Below are positions 62,865-64,000 of a stretch of 64,000 nucleotides of DNA, in pieces. The stretch's first letter is position 1, and every line of letters starts with the position of its first letter. The position numbers and the translations under genes were made by a program. The DNA comes from Monocercomonoides exilis PA203 (Eukaryota; Protista; Preaxostyla), in contig LSRY02000045.1 in assembly GCA_001643675.2 (NCBI GenBank), positions 558,001 through 622,000 on the forward strand, in the 5' to 3' direction. The notes under the pieces are model-generated. The model had not been told where the DNA came from and searched no databases. It saw only the letters and a list, made by a program, of their open reading frames with translations.

Positions 62865-64000
62865 TAGATAAAATGTGAAATGAATTGGTTATTTCAAATT
62901 ATTTGTGTTATTTCAAGTTTCAGCCACGAATTTTGAATTAACCCAGTTATTTTGAAATAACCTTGAAAAACTTAAATCTACTGGACGTTTTTTAAAAACA
63001 TTAAATAAAAATATTTTTGATATAAAAATGGTTTCAACTATATTTTGAATTTGAATATTTGACCTATCTTTATTATGAAAATTTGCATTAGATTAATTAT
63101 TGGAAACTTTTTTTTTGTTTGTGATAATGAAAAAAGTTTTAAGATTGCAAAAAACGAAATATATATATGAAGATTGTTCCCATTCGTTTCAAATATCATC
63201 AGTTTGCTTGAATGGTAATTGTTGATTCCTTACTTCTAAAGCTTTTGACAAATCACAAAAGATTTCCCTATAAACGTATCTACATATTCAATGATCTTCT
63301 TTTGTCAAAATAAACATGTGGAAAACAGAAATTATCGATTTTATTTTGTAATGACTCGAAGAAATCATTTCCAAATATTTTTTGTCAAACAGTTATGGTC
63401 TTCCAAAAAAAAGAAAGCGTGAAATTCTGTCAAAAGGATTTTATGTCAAATGATTTGCGCGAAATTCGACAAAAAGATAAGATTATATTTATGAAAATTT
63501 GGGCATATGAAGATGAAATCCTAAATTTGAAGAGTGAATTTAGTTGAAAGAAGAAATGCTATAGAAACAATGAAAAACGACTTATTCTCAAAATTTTTCA
63601 GAACTGAAAATCTGTCTTGGAATTGCGAACGGTAATGGAGAGAGTGCATGTGTGTTTGAGTGCTCATTCACTTCGTGTACACTCACAAATAATAATGGTG
63701 GAAGGATGTATTGTTATGGTGTTCCAGCTGCATTCAAAATGAGGAACATCCAGTTTATTTCGTGAAACACAACATCAACAGGTGGAGGATTGTATTTTAA
63801 ACAAATCAACAAACAATCCCAAGCAACAACCTTTATTGCTACTTCTTCTTCTTCTTCCATGATAGCAGATGCACAACTACTTCCACTTCATATGGACACG
63901 ATGTTTATAGTGAAGATGATTACAATCTCTTCTCGTCGGACAATCCGTTCTATGAATCGTCCACAACGAATAGCAACGATAAGAAAGTGTGCTATTGAGA
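62865..64000 (+). repeat. Direct segmental duplication, copy 2, including a surface-protein pseudogene fragment
   Basis: Identical to 55682-56817; runs off the window. Confidence 0.95.

Overview
AT-rich eukaryotic DNA. Gene style (short GTTTGT/GTATGA..AG introns, poly-Ser/Glu/Lys inserts, the two gene families present) suggests an oxymonad such as Monocercomonoides; this is inference. The dominant structure is three multi-kb palindromes centred near 1097 (left arm cut by the window edge), 33964 and 45041. Palindromes 2 and 3 each carry a tail-to-tail pair of 3'-truncated copies of a Cys/Gly-rich beta-helix-like (GGG-motif) surface-protein gene; for palindrome 1 only the right-hand copy is in the window. 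A full-length 2934-aa membrane-anchored family member lies at 13296-22100. Arms are nearly identical within a palindrome but clearly diverged between palindromes. Palindromes 1 and 3 nevertheless share an identical ~125-bp central block. All three centres contain a GGGT(G/A)ATT terminal-inverted-repeat motif that also bounds two free MITEs. The paralogs are sequence mosaics. Together this suggests transposon-seeded palindromic cassettes under gene conversion, possibly an archive for surface-protein diversification. Also present: a 3-exon lineage-specific gene, an ABCD4-like ABC transporter, a decayed Merlin/IS1595 transposase, several MITEs, a Foldback-like inverted minisatellite element, pseudogene fragments and direct segmental duplications.
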